Below the pieces are notes generated by a model, which saw only the letters and a program-made list of their open reading frames with translations, had not been told where the DNA came from and did no database searches. A stretch of DNA of 64,000 nucleotides from Sandaracinaceae bacterium (GTDB lineage Bacteria; Myxococcota_A; Polyangia; Polyangiales; Houyiibacteriaceae), in contig JADJJE010000003.1 of NCBI GenBank assembly GCA_016706685.1, positions 321,780-385,779 of the forward strand. The letters run 5' to 3'. How positions within the stretch are numbered: position 1 is the stretch's first letter; the number at the start of each line of letters is the position of its first letter. Of this stretch, positions 38,489 to 47,804 are shown piece by piece. The translations under genes and the position numbers were made by a program.

Positions 38489-39718
38489 ATGACGAGCATG
38501 ACCAATAGGGCCTGGCTCGCGATGCTGCTCGGGACGAGTGTGCTCGCTGGCTGTGGCAGCGAAGAGCCCCCGCCGGTGGACGACGGTACCTTCCGCCCCG
38601 TGGTGGAGCTGGGTCGCCACAGCGTCACCGTGCAGGACACGCGCCAGGTGGTGCCGAGCGACGGGCTGCCCGCCGAGACCGTGCCGCAGCACTCCAACAA
38701 CAACCTGGACGTCATTCGCCACGCGGGCCGCGTGTTCCTGGCGTGGCGCACGGCGCCCAACCACTTCGCCAACCCCGACACCATCCTCTACGTGGTGAGC
38801 AGCGAGGACGAGGTCACCTGGCGCTACGAGACCGAGTACGCCATCGGCACCGACCTGCGCGAGCCCCGCTTCCTGGCGGTGGGCGACACGCTGTTCCTGT
38901 ACATGAGCGTGCTGGGGGTGAGCGAGACGCAGTTCCAGCCCATGGGCGTGCGCTATGCGCGGCTCGACGCGGGCCAAGCGTGGAGTGCGCTCACTGAGCT
39001 GTACGGCGATGACACGCTGCTGTGGCGGACCACCACCGTGCCGGACGGCCGCCACTTCATGACGGCGTACAACGGCGGCGAGAACGAGTACCTGTTCAAC
39101 GGCGAGCCGCTGCAGGTGCACTTCCGCACGAGCCTCGACGGGGTGAGCTGGACCCCGGCCGATCCGGATGGTTCCATGGTCTACGAAGGCGGCGGCAGCG
39201 AAACCGCGTTCGCTTTTGCGGAGAGCGGCGAGCTGTTTGCCGTCATCCGCAACGAGGCTGCGGACACCGAGGGCTTGGGAAGCCGCGTCTGCCGCGCGCC
39301 GGCCGACGACCTGGGCAACTGGACGTGCAACGCCGACTTCAAGAAGTACGACTCGCCGTTCATGTTCGAGTACGACGGCGAGGTCTACCTGCTGGGCCGC
39401 CGCAACCTCACCGAGACGGGCTTCTTCGGCGCCGAGGGCCTCACCAACGCGGTGGTCGCGTCCCTGCGCTACGTGGCGGCGCCCAAGCGCTGCAGCCTGT
39501 GGCGCATCGTGCAGGACGAGCTGCGCGTGGCGTACATCACGGACCTCCCCAGCAACGGGGACACCTGCTTCCCGAGCGTGATCGCGGGCAGCGAGCCTGG
39601 CGAGTTCTTCGTGTACGACTACAGCTCGGATCCCGAGGGCGAGCCCCTGGCGTGGCGTCCTGGGCAGCTGGGCAACACCCAGATTTACCGTCACGTGCTT
39701 CGTTTCCGCCGCCGCTGA
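38489..39718 (+). CDS. Lipoprotein with BNR/Asp-box (sialidase-like beta-propeller) features
   Basis: Lipobox SVLAGC GSE. Asp-box-like TSLDGVSW and SSEDEVTW. Repeated beta-strand-rich units. Function unknown. Confidence 0.6.
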   Translation: MTSMTNRAWLAMLLGTSVLAGCGSEEPPPVDDGTFRPVVELGRHSVTVQDTRQVVPSDGLPAETVPQHSNNNLDVIRHAGRVFLAWRTAPNHFANPDTILYVVSSEDEVTWRYETEYAIGTDLREPRFLAVGDTLFLYMSVLGVSETQFQPMGVRYARLDAGQAWSALTELYGDDTLLWRTTTVPDGRHFMTAYNGGENEYLFNGEPLQVHFRTSLDGVSWTPADPDGSMVYEGGGSETAFAFAESGELFAVIRNEAADTEGLGSRVCRAPADDLGNWTCNADFKKYDSPFMFEYDGEVYLLGRRNLTETGFFGAEGLTNAVVASLRYVAAPKRCSLWRIVQDELRVAYITDLPSNGDTCFPSVIAGSEPGEFFVYDYSSDPEGEPLAWRPGQLGNTQIYRHVLRFRRR

Positions 39719-39782
39719 GCCGCATGGCCGCGCAAGGCGCTTGGCGTGGCCAGCACGGTCCGCTTCGTGTTATGCGAACCGG

Positions 39783-41210
39783 ATGATGAAACGCACGACG
39801 AAGCGGCACCGGCTCGCGGCCGCCCTCTTGGCGCTGACCGCGCTCGGCCTCGCGGGCCCCTCGACTCACAGCGTCCTCGCGCAGCGGGCACGACGCCCCG
39901 CGCCGCCCAGCGGTGGAGAGAGCTCGCTCTCGCAGCTGCCGGTGGTCCGCGAGCGGCTCAGCAACGGCATGCGCGTGGTCATGAGCCCCGACCGCAGCAT
40001 CCCCACCGTGGCGGTCGCGCTCTACTACGACGTGGGCTCGCGCAACGAGGTGCGGGGCCGCTCGGGCTTCGCGCACCTCTTCGAGCACATGATGTTCCAG
40101 GGGTCGGCCAACGTCCGCAAGGGCGAGCACTTCACCTACATCGACAGCCGCGGCGGCGACATGAACGGCACCACCAGCACCGACCGCACCAACTACTACG
40201 AGACGCTCCCCAGCAACGAGCTGGCGCTGGGCCTGTGGCTGGAAGCAGACCGCATGCGCTCGCTGGCCATCACCGCCGAGAACTTCGAGAACCAGCGGCA
40301 GACCGTGAAGGAGGAGCGGCGTCAGAGCTACGACAACCGCCCCTACATGAACAGCATCCTGCGCATCAACGAGCTGGCCTACGGCGACTACTGGCCGTAC
40401 GCGCACTCCACCATCGGCGACATGGCCGACTTGGACAACGCCACGCTGGGCGACGTGCAGGCCTTCTTCGACGCGTACTACCCGCCCAACAACGCGGTGC
40501 TCAGCATCGCCGGCGACTTCGACCCGGCCGAGGCCATGGTGCTGGTGCGTCAGTACTTCGAGGGCATCTCGTCGCGCCCGGTGCCGGCGTACAACCCGGG
40601 GCCCATCAACCCGCAGACGGCCGAGATCGTGGAGACCATGACGGACCCGCTGGCCCCGTTCCCGGCGTTCCACGTGAACTACCGCATCCCGCCCAACCGC
40701 GAGCCCGACCACTACGCGCTCGAGATGCTGGCGCTCATCCTGGGTGACGGCGACTCGTCGCGCCTCTACCGCGTGCTGGTGAAGGAGCGCGAGATCTGCC
40801 AGCAGCTGCAGGTGGCCACCGACGACCAGCGCGGCCCGGACCTGTTCTCGGTCTTCGGCATCATGGCGGGTGACCACCAGCCCGCCGAGGCGCGCCAGGT
40901 CATCTACGACACGCTGGCCGAGGTGGCCTCGGGCGGCGTCACCGAGCGCGAGCTGCAGAAGGCGCGCAACCGCGTGGCCTCCTACTTCGTGTTCGGCATC
41001 CAGAGCAGCCTCGAGCGCGCCCAGCGCCTGGCCGAGTACGAGATGTACTACGGCAACGCCGAGCTGCTGCGCACCGAGATCAACCTCTACAACGCGGTCA
41101 CGCGCGCGGACATCCAGCGCGTGGCGAACACCTACTTCGGGACCACGCAGCGCACCGTGCTGGACGTGCTCCCCCCGGCCGCGGCCAGCACGACCGGAGG
41201 CAACCCGTGA
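39783..41210 (+). CDS. M16 (pitrilysin) family zinc peptidase, catalytic-type subunit
   Basis: ATG at 39783. Signal peptide present. Inverted zinc motif HLFEH in GFAHLFEHMMFQGS. Confidence 0.88.
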   Translation: MMKRTTKRHRLAAALLALTALGLAGPSTHSVLAQRARRPAPPSGGESSLSQLPVVRERLSNGMRVVMSPDRSIPTVAVALYYDVGSRNEVRGRSGFAHLFEHMMFQGSANVRKGEHFTYIDSRGGDMNGTTSTDRTNYYETLPSNELALGLWLEADRMRSLAITAENFENQRQTVKEERRQSYDNRPYMNSILRINELAYGDYWPYAHSTIGDMADLDNATLGDVQAFFDAYYPPNNAVLSIAGDFDPAEAMVLVRQYFEGISSRPVPAYNPGPINPQTAEIVETMTDPLAPFPAFHVNYRIPPNREPDHYALEMLALILGDGDSSRLYRVLVKEREICQQLQVATDDQRGPDLFSVFGIMAGDHQPAEARQVIYDTLAEVASGGVTERELQKARNRVASYFVFGIQSSLERAQRLAEYEMYYGNAELLRTEINLYNAVTRADIQRVANTYFGTTQRTVLDVLPPAAASTTGGNP

Positions 41211-42781
41211 ACCCCATGCATCTCATTCGCCGCGCACGTCGCGCGCCCTTGGCCATCGGCCTCTTGCTCTCGCTCGGCACCGTGGCGGGGGCCTGCAACC
41301 GCGAGCAGGGGCCGCCCCCCGAGTACCCGCCGCTCGACAGCGTGGAGGGCACCGAGACCGCCGAGACGGAACCCGAGCCGGAGCCGGAGCCGGAGGCCCC
41401 GCGTGAGCCCGCCCCCGCGGGCGGCACGGCGCGCGACATCGCGTTCCCGGCCATCGCGCGCTCCACGCTGCCCAACGGCCTCGAGCTGAACACCGTCAGC
41501 AGCACGCAGCTGCCCGTGGTGTACCTGCAGCTGGTCATTCGCAGCGGCGGCGAGACCGACCCGGCGGACCTGCCGGGCCTCGCTGGGCTCGTGGCCGACA
41601 TGCTCAAGGAGGGCACCACGCGCCACACCAGCGCCGAGCTGGCCGAGGAGATCGAGTTCCTGGGCGCCGACATGGTGGTGGGCGCCACCTCCGAGAACCT
41701 GGTCATCACGTTCCGCGCCCTGAAGGAGCACCTGCCGCAGGCGCTCTCGCTCATGGCCGAGGTGGCCATGCAGCCGGTGTTCGATGCCGAGGAGCTCGAG
41801 AAGCTGCGCCGCCGCGAGCTGGACCGGCTGGAGCTCAGCCAGCAGGACCCGCGCTTCCTGTCCACGCGTGCCTACTACCGCGCGCTGTACGGGGCGCACC
41901 CCTATGGCCGCGTGGACACCACGCCCGACGCCGTGCGCGCCGTGACGCAGGCCAACCTGATCGCGTGGCACCGCACGCACGTGGTGGCCAACAACGCCTA
42001 CCTGGTGGTGGTGGGCGACGTGACCGCCGCCGACGTGAGCCGCCGCGCCGGCCGCGCCTTCAGCCGCTTCCGCCAGGGCACCGTGCCCGAAGTGAGCTAC
42101 CCCGCGCCGCCCACGCGCACCGAGCGCGAGATCATCATCGTGGACCGTGAGGGCTCGCAGCAGACCTCCATCCGCGTGGGCAACCTGGCCATCGCGCGCC
42201 AGCACGACGACTGGGTGCCGCTGCAGGTGGCCAACCAGGTGCTGGGCGGCAGCGCCTCGTCACGCTTGTTCATGGACCTGCGCGAGCGTCGCAGCCTGAC
42301 CTACGGCGCCTACTCGTATGTGGAAGAGCGCCAGCAGGTGGGCTCCTTCACCGTGGGCGCCGCCGTGCGCACCGAGGTCACCGCGCAGGCCATGGAGGCG
42401 CTCTTCGAGCACCTGGTGGCCATCTCGAGCGAGGCCCCCGGCAACGAAGAGACCGACCTGGCGCGGCGCTTCCTGAGCGACTCGTTCCCGCTCAGCATCG
42501 ACACGCCCGGCAAGGTGGCTGGCTTGGTGAGCGACCTGCGCGGCTACGGCCTGCCGGACGACTACTGGGAGAGCTTCCGCACGCGCATCCGCTCGGTCAC
42601 CCCCGAGCAGTCGCTGGCCGCGGCGCGCGCGCACGTGCACCCCAGCCAGATGGTGGTGGTGCTGGTGGGCGAGGCCTCGCAGATCGCAGAGCCCATGCGC
42701 GCCTATGGCGCGGTGACCATCACCAACACGGCTGGTGAGGTGGTGCGGCGGCTGCCCGCAACGGGCCGGCCCGCGCGCTGA
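41207..42781 (+). CDS. M16 family peptidase, non-catalytic-type partner (no HxxEH), lipoprotein
   Basis: The start overlaps the upstream stop (GTGA at 41207; ATG 41216 is an alternative). Lipobox TVAGAC. (EP)n linker encoded by (GAGCCG)3 at 41375..41392. M16 C-terminal-type domains. Confidence 0.82.
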   Translation: MNPMHLIRRARRAPLAIGLLLSLGTVAGACNREQGPPPEYPPLDSVEGTETAETEPEPEPEPEAPREPAPAGGTARDIAFPAIARSTLPNGLELNTVSSTQLPVVYLQLVIRSGGETDPADLPGLAGLVADMLKEGTTRHTSAELAEEIEFLGADMVVGATSENLVITFRALKEHLPQALSLMAEVAMQPVFDAEELEKLRRRELDRLELSQQDPRFLSTRAYYRALYGAHPYGRVDTTPDAVRAVTQANLIAWHRTHVVANNAYLVVVGDVTAADVSRRAGRAFSRFRQGTVPEVSYPAPPTRTEREIIIVDREGSQQTSIRVGNLAIARQHDDWVPLQVANQVLGGSASSRLFMDLRERRSLTYGAYSYVEERQQVGSFTVGAAVRTEVTAQAMEALFEHLVAISSEAPGNEETDLARRFLSDSFPLSIDTPGKVAGLVSDLRGYGLPDDYWESFRTRIRSVTPEQSLAAARAHVHPSQMVVVLVGEASQIAEPMRAYGAVTITNTAGEVVRRLPATGRPAR

Positions 42782-42841
42782 GGGAGAATCCCCGCCTGCG
42801 AGCGCGATGCTCGCGGGCGGCACGTTTCGAACGGCACCCGC

Positions 42842-43735
42842 ATGGACCTCGACGAGACACGCACCCTGCTCGCGCTGGCCGAAGAGGGCAGCGTGTCTGG
42901 CGCCGCCGAGCGGATGGGGGTCTCGCGGGCCACCGTGCGGCGCAGGCTGGCTGCGCTCGAGGCGCGCGTGGGCGTGTCTCTGGCGCGCAGCACCGAGGCC
43001 GGCGTGGAGCTCACGGCGGCGGGCGAGCTGTATGCACGGCACGCACGAGCGCCGGTGCGGGAGCTCGAGGCCATCGGCCAGCTGGCCGAGCGCGCGGGTC
43101 AGGACCCGGCCGGCACTCTCGACGTGGCCCTGCCGGTGGGGGCGTCACGGCGCCTAGGCCCGCTCTTCGTGCGGCGCTTGCTGACCGCGTGGCCCGAGCT
43201 GCGCGTGCGCCTGCGCGCCACGCCCGACCCGGTGAAGCACCTCAGCCACGGCGCCGACGCCGCGCTCACGCTCACGCTGCCCACGGCGGGGGAGCTGGTG
43301 GTGGTGGCCATCGGGCGCATCACCACGGGGCTCTACGGCAGCCCCGACTACGTGGCGCGCATGGGCCAGCCCCGCTCGCTCGGCGACCTCGCGCAGCACA
43401 CCCTGCTGCACACCATCCTGGACGCAGAGGCGGCGCCGCACACGCTCGCCCAGCACAGCGAGGTGCGCTGGCCGCTGCGCGCTGGAGGCGACGTGAGCGT
43501 GACGCCGCGCATCCACTCCACCGACAACGAGTTCATCCAGGGCTGCGTGGCCGACGGCATGGGCATCGCCATCCTGCCCGACTACGCCGCCCGGGGGCTG
43601 GTGCCGCTGCTCTCCGACGCCGTGGGCCTCGCGGCGACGGTGTGGGGTGTGACCACCCGCGCGGGCACTCACCTGCCGAGAGTGCGCGCGGGGCTCGAGG
43701 TGGCCGCGCAGCTGTTCGCGGAGGGGCTGGGTTGA
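42842..43735 (+). CDS. LysR family transcriptional regulator
   Basis: N-terminal wHTH (LLALAEEGSVSGAAERMGVSRATVRRRLAALE) plus a LysR substrate-binding domain. Confidence 0.88.
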   Translation: MDLDETRTLLALAEEGSVSGAAERMGVSRATVRRRLAALEARVGVSLARSTEAGVELTAAGELYARHARAPVRELEAIGQLAERAGQDPAGTLDVALPVGASRRLGPLFVRRLLTAWPELRVRLRATPDPVKHLSHGADAALTLTLPTAGELVVVAIGRITTGLYGSPDYVARMGQPRSLGDLAQHTLLHTILDAEAAPHTLAQHSEVRWPLRAGGDVSVTPRIHSTDNEFIQGCVADGMGIAILPDYAARGLVPLLSDAVGLAATVWGVTTRAGTHLPRVRAGLEVAAQLFAEGLG

Positions 43736-43736
43736 C

Positions 43737-44224
43737 GTGGGCCATCGATACTTCTTCAGCTGCGGGCTGATGCTGCTGCCGGCCATGGCCTGGAACGCGG
43801 TGCTCGCGGGGCACCTACCACCCGCTTTCCAGCCAGCCGAGTTCGATCGCGCGCTGCCACCCGGCTCGTGCTCACCGAGAACGTCCTCCGAGTCTTCGCG
43901 CTCGGGCTGCCCTTCTTCATGCCGCTCGGTGCATCGACGAAGGTTCAACGCCTAGGCCTCGGCCTCTTCGTGGTGGGCACGCTCGTGTACTTCGCGAGCT
44001 GGCTCCCGCTGGTCCTGGCGCCTGAGTCGGCGTGGTCCACTAGCGCGCTGGGATTCCTCGCGCCCGCCTACACGCCTGCGCTCTGGCTCGCAGGGCTGGG
44101 CCTCACGGGGCGGGAACTCTTCATTGGGAAGGCCTACCGCCCGTGGATGTACTTCGCCCTCTCAGCGGCCTTCGTCGCGGCGCACGTCACGCACGCGGCG
44201 ATCATCTACGCGCGCAACCACTGA
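43737..44224 (+). CDS. Small polytopic membrane protein, frame broken near 43855..43870 in this assembly
   Basis: GTG at 43737 (MGHRYFFSCGLMLLPAMAWNAVLAGHLPPAFQPAEFDRALPP), after which that frame becomes S/R/C junk. The continuation (V)LTENVLRVFALGLPFFMPLG... with 3 more TM helices is in ORF 43868..44224, offset as if 1 nt is missing next to the CCC at 43859..43861. Confidence 0.6.
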
Positions 44225-44239
44225 GGACTGCAAGGGCCG

Positions 44240-44866
44240 TCACGGCGCGATGCGCGTCTCGATCCCGAAGCCGAGCATGAGGCGGTTCTGGGCCGCGCCA
44301 CTGAGGGGTCCGTCGAACGCATGCTCGAATTCCGAGTCGATGCGCACGTGGATGTTCTCGGTGACCGGGAGCACCAGCCGCAGCGAGACGAACCCGCCGG
44401 TGAAGCGGTAGTCCACGCCTGTCTCGGCGCGCGCTGCCTGGTGGCGAGCCCCGAGCCCGAGCTGGAGGCCCACGCGCTCGTTGTCGAGTACGTGGACACG
44501 CAGCGCGCCTCCGAGGTGCGGGCCCACGGACGCGAGCTGGTCGCTGTTGATGGTGGTGGCCCCGCCGAGGATCTCGGCCGAGAAGATCCAGTAGTACATC
44601 CCGACAGCCGCCTCGAGCTGGTAGCCGAACGAGCCGCCGCCGAGGTTCAGGCTGGAACCGAGCCCCACGCCCACGTAGAGGCCGAGCTCACGCTCGTTGA
44701 CGATGGGCTCGGGCTCCGGGGTGACCACGGGGGCCGGAACGGGCTCGGGGGCGGCCATCAGCGCGGGGGGCCCACTCTCGAGCGAAGCGGGCACTGGCGC
44801 GCCTTGCGCGAGGGCCGAGAGGGGAGCGAGGGCGAGCACGGAGAAGAAGATGGCGAGGTTTCGCAT
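44240..44866 (-). CDS. Outer-membrane beta-barrel-like protein (small porin/OmpW-like)
   Basis: Signal peptide MRNLAIFFSVLALAPLSALAQG. Pro-rich linker. Alternating Gly/hydrophobic beta-strand pattern (LGLYVGVGLGSSLNLGGGSFGYQLEAAVG..). Confidence 0.65.
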   Translation of the reverse strand: MRNLAIFFSVLALAPLSALAQGAPVPASLESGPPALMAAPEPVPAPVVTPEPEPIVNERELGLYVGVGLGSSLNLGGGSFGYQLEAAVGMYYWIFSAEILGGATTINSDQLASVGPHLGGALRVHVLDNERVGLQLGLGARHQAARAETGVDYRFTGGFVSLRLVLPVTENIHVRIDSEFEHAFDGPLSGAAQNRLMLGFGIETRIAP

Positions 44867-44983
44867 GCCCGGAACCTGGGACCCCCATGGTCGGCGGGAA
44901 ACGGTCCAACCCGTGCCAGTAGCTGGAACGTTCTCGGCCAGTGGCGGGGGCCTGGAGTGCCCCCAAGAGGAGCTTTTGGCCGC

Positions 44984-45511
44984 TTACTCGAAGGGCTTGC
45001 GGCCCACGAGCTGCGCGACCTCTCGGTCTGGATCCGGGAGGAAGCCCTCAAAGAAGTGGAGCGTGGTCCAGCCCGCGAACAGCTCGGCCAGCTCGCCAGG
45101 CTGCAGCAGGAAGTCCGGGTTGTGCGGCCGCCCGTACCGGGTGTTGCGCTGGGTGAACGTCTCGTAGACCACGAGGCCGCCGGGCAAGATGGACGCTCGG
45201 AGGTGCGGCATGAGCGGGCGGTGCAGGTAGCGGAAGACCAGCGCCGCCGAGAACCGGCGCGCAGCCAGCGGGTCGCCGGTGCCAGCCTCGAGGTCCACCT
45301 GCCACGTCTCACCGGGCAGTCCCTCGGCGTGGAGCTGGTGCGCCACGCTGTCGAGCGCCTCCTGCGAGTGGTCCGCGAACACGACGGGCAAGCCCATGCG
45401 CGCCAGGAAGAGGCCGTTCCTGCCGCTGCCGCAGGCGAGGTCCACGATGGGTCCGAGCGCCGAGGCTTCGATCAGCGCGCCGAGATGCTCGTTCAGCAGC
45501 GGCGAGTGCAC
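44984..45511 (-). CDS. Class I SAM-dependent methyltransferase
   Basis: GTG start. Motif I VDLACGSGRNG. 175 aa. Confidence 0.8.
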   Translation of the reverse strand: MHSPLLNEHLGALIEASALGPIVDLACGSGRNGLFLARMGLPVVFADHSQEALDSVAHQLHAEGLPGETWQVDLEAGTGDPLAARRFSAALVFRYLHRPLMPHLRASILPGGLVVYETFTQRNTRYGRPHNPDFLLQPGELAELFAGWTTLHFFEGFLPDPDREVAQLVGRKPFE

Positions 45512-45894
45512 TAGCGCCCGCCGCGTTGGTCGAGAGCCGAGAGGAAGCTGACCAGCTCCTCGAGCAGCGCGCCATAGCGGCCGTACACGTCAGCGTCCGG
45601 CGGCATGCGTTCACCGAGCCGTCGGTAGAGCACGAGCTCCGCGTCCATTCCCTCGGGACGACCGGGAATGACGATACCGTGACGTGAGAAACGGTGCGAG
45701 GCCGCTTGAACGAGTGCTGCCTCCGCCGTGCGCCGGTCCGAAGCGACATCTCGCAGACCAGCGAGAACACAATCCGCTCCGGGCAGGTCGCTGAGCGCAT
45801 CGAGACCATCGGTGACGGTGTCGGGGTCCACGGGGCGTCGCACAGCGTCGAGTGTAGGCAGCTGGGCTTCAGCGGTCGAGGGCTGCATGCGCAC
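45511..45894 (-). CDS. Hypothetical protein
   Basis: 127 aa with acidic/Leu-rich composition consistent with coding. The stop overlaps the methyltransferase start (TAGTG). The 5' end overlaps the LysR 3' end by about 26 nt, so the true start may be later. Confidence 0.45.
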   Translation of the reverse strand: MRMQPSTAEAQLPTLDAVRRPVDPDTVTDGLDALSDLPGADCVLAGLRDVASDRRTAEAALVQAASHRFSRHGIVIPGRPEGMDAELVLYRRLGERMPPDADVYGRYGALLEELVSFLSALDQRGGR

Positions 45895-46792
45895 TCCGCG
45901 CAGCCCCCCGCGCCAGCTGCACGAAGGCGCTCACCACCGGGTTGGCGCTGTCCGCGTGCGTGGCCAGGATGAGCGGCAGCGTGGTGCGCGCGGCCACCCG
46001 CACGTAGCGCACGCCCTCGGTGCGCATGGCCTCGAGCGAGGCCGGCACCAGCGCCACGCCCATGCCAGCAGCGGCGAGGTGCACGAGGGACGCCGCGTGA
46101 CCCGCATGCGCGGCGACGTGCAGCGGGCGGCCCTCGGCCGCAGCCAAGCGGTCCACCAGCGCGCTCAGGCTGGAGCCGAGCCCCGGCGAGGGCAGCAACA
46201 GCGGCAGGTCCAGCAGCGCGGCCACCGTGATGCGCTTGCGGTGCGCGAGCGGGTGGTCCTCCGGGAACACCGCTATCAGCGGCTCTTGCGCCAGCACCCG
46301 GCCCTCGATGCGCGGCGGAAGCGCGCCGCTGGGCCGCACGAACGCGGCGTCCAGCTCGCGCTCCTCGAGCGCATGCAGCAGCGCAGCCGTGGACCGCTCC
46401 ACCAGCTCCACCCGCACCTGCGGCCGTTCTTGGCGCAGCGCGCGCACCAGGCTGGGCACCAGCGGGTGGAACGTGGCGGAGGGCGACGAGCCCAGCCGCA
46501 AGCGCCCCTCGAGGCCGCCCGCGAGCCCACGCGCGCGCATGACCAAATCGTCGAGCTCCACCAGGAGCCGGCGCGCGTCGGCGGCCACCATGCCCGCCGC
46601 GTCGGTGGGGTGCATGCGCCGCCCCTGCCGCACGAAGAGGCGCACGCCCAGGTCGTCTTCCAGCTCGGCGATGGTGCGGCTGAGCGCGGGCTGCGCCACG
46701 TGGATGCGGCGCGCGGCCTCGCGCACGCCACCGGCGTCCAGCACGGCGAGGAACTGGCGCAGGCGGCGGGTGTCGACGTTTGATATCTCCAC
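45869..46792 (-). CDS. LysR family transcriptional regulator
   Basis: GTG start at 46792. wHTH LRQFLAVLDAGGVREAARRIHVAQPALSRTIAELE. Divergent from the methyltransferase at 46855. Confidence 0.88.
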   Translation of the reverse strand: MEISNVDTRRLRQFLAVLDAGGVREAARRIHVAQPALSRTIAELEDDLGVRLFVRQGRRMHPTDAAGMVAADARRLLVELDDLVMRARGLAGGLEGRLRLGSSPSATFHPLVPSLVRALRQERPQVRVELVERSTAALLHALEERELDAAFVRPSGALPPRIEGRVLAQEPLIAVFPEDHPLAHRKRITVAALLDLPLLLPSPGLGSSLSALVDRLAAAEGRPLHVAAHAGHAASLVHLAAAGMGVALVPASLEAMRTEGVRYVRVAARTTLPLILATHADSANPVVSAFVQLARGAARSAHAALDR

Positions 46793-46820
46793 GGTATCAA
46801 CTGGTATCTAACCGATATTG
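46793..46820. promoter_or_regulatory. Candidate LysR operator: GGTATC direct repeats and a T-N11-A box
   Basis: GGTATC at 46793..46798 and 46803..46808 (10-bp phasing). Palindrome TATC-taacc-GATA at 46805..46817 (T-N11-A). Lies in the 62-nt divergent intergenic region. Confidence 0.4.
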
Positions 46821-46854
46821 GCCGGCGCTCAAAGTGGACCGCACAGTGAGCGGC

Positions 46855-47634
46855 ATGAACACACAGCAGAGCTTCGACGCCGGCCGCTCCTTCGACGCGG
46901 CCCAGTACCAACAGAACGCCTCCTTCGTGCCGGCCCTCGGCGACGTGATCCTGGGCTGGCTCGCCCCTCAGCCGGGAGAGCACATCCTGGACCTGGGCGC
47001 CGGGGACGGCGTGCTCACCGAGAAGCTGGTGGCCGCCGGCGCGCACGTGGTGGCGGGTGACGCCTCGCCCTCCATGGTGGCCGCCGCCAAGGCGCGGGGG
47101 CTCGACGGGCGCTTGATCGATGGCGAAGCGCTCGACTTCGACCAGGCCTTCGATGCCGTCTTCTCGAGCGCGGCGCTGCACTGGATGCCGGACGCGGCGC
47201 GGGTCTCGGCGGGTGTGTTCCGTGCGCTGCGCCCGGGTGGCCGCTTCGTGGCCGAGGCCGGTGGCTTCGGCTGCGTGGCCGCCGTGCGCGTGGCGCTGGC
47301 CGACGCCATGGAGCGCGCGGGCGTGGACGCTACGGGGGCGCACCCCTGGTACTTCCCCACCGCCGAGCATCACCGGGGCGTGCTCGAGCGCGCGGGCTTC
47401 GTGGTGGACGAGATCGTGGTGGTGGCGCGTCCCACGGTGGTGCCAGCGGGCTTTGGCGCGTGGCTCGAGACCTTCGCGAAGGCACAGCTGGCGCGCGTCC
47501 CCGCGGAGCAGCGCGCCCACGTGTTGCGCTGGGCCACCCTGCGCCTCGAGGCCACGCTGCGCGACGAGCAAGGGCGTGATGTCGCGGACTACACACGCCT
47601 GCGCTTCATCGCGCGGCGGCCGGCGGAGGCGTGA
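46855..47634 (+). CDS. Class I SAM-dependent methyltransferase (trans-aconitate/Tam-like)
   Basis: ATG at 46855. Motif I ILDLGAGDGVLT. AVFSSAALHWM and LRPGGRFV motifs. Confidence 0.82.
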   Translation: MNTQQSFDAGRSFDAAQYQQNASFVPALGDVILGWLAPQPGEHILDLGAGDGVLTEKLVAAGAHVVAGDASPSMVAAAKARGLDGRLIDGEALDFDQAFDAVFSSAALHWMPDAARVSAGVFRALRPGGRFVAEAGGFGCVAAVRVALADAMERAGVDATGAHPWYFPTAEHHRGVLERAGFVVDEIVVVARPTVVPAGFGAWLETFAKAQLARVPAEQRAHVLRWATLRLEATLRDEQGRDVADYTRLRFIARRPAEA

Positions 47635-47732
47635 GCGCACGGCTCGCGGTGTCACCGGGCTCGAGTCGAGCTGGCGGTGCTGCGAGCCTGCCGATGTCCG
47701 GAGTTGTGCTCCACACCGAAGGTGCGGATGCC

Positions 47733-47783
47733 TTGACGCCCGAGTGGAGTGCCGCTAGCTTGCGTTTGGTTGAACGTGTTCAA
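47733..47783 (+). promoter_or_regulatory. Putative promoter (TTGACG-17-TAGCTT) with a perfect 14-bp palindromic TetR-type operator
   Basis: -35 TTGACG at 47733..47738, 17-nt spacer, -10 TAGCTT at 47756..47761. Palindrome TTGAACGTGTTCAA at 47770..47783 lies over the expected transcription start, 22 nt upstream of the tetR ATG. Confidence 0.5.
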
Positions 47784-47804
47784 CGAACAAGCAAAGCCCT
47801 GCGC

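Noticed and set aside
41375-41392. (GAGCCG)3 microsatellite as a phase-variation tract
   Set aside because: The hexanucleotide unit keeps the reading frame. It simply encodes an (EP)n linker in the M16 lipoprotein.
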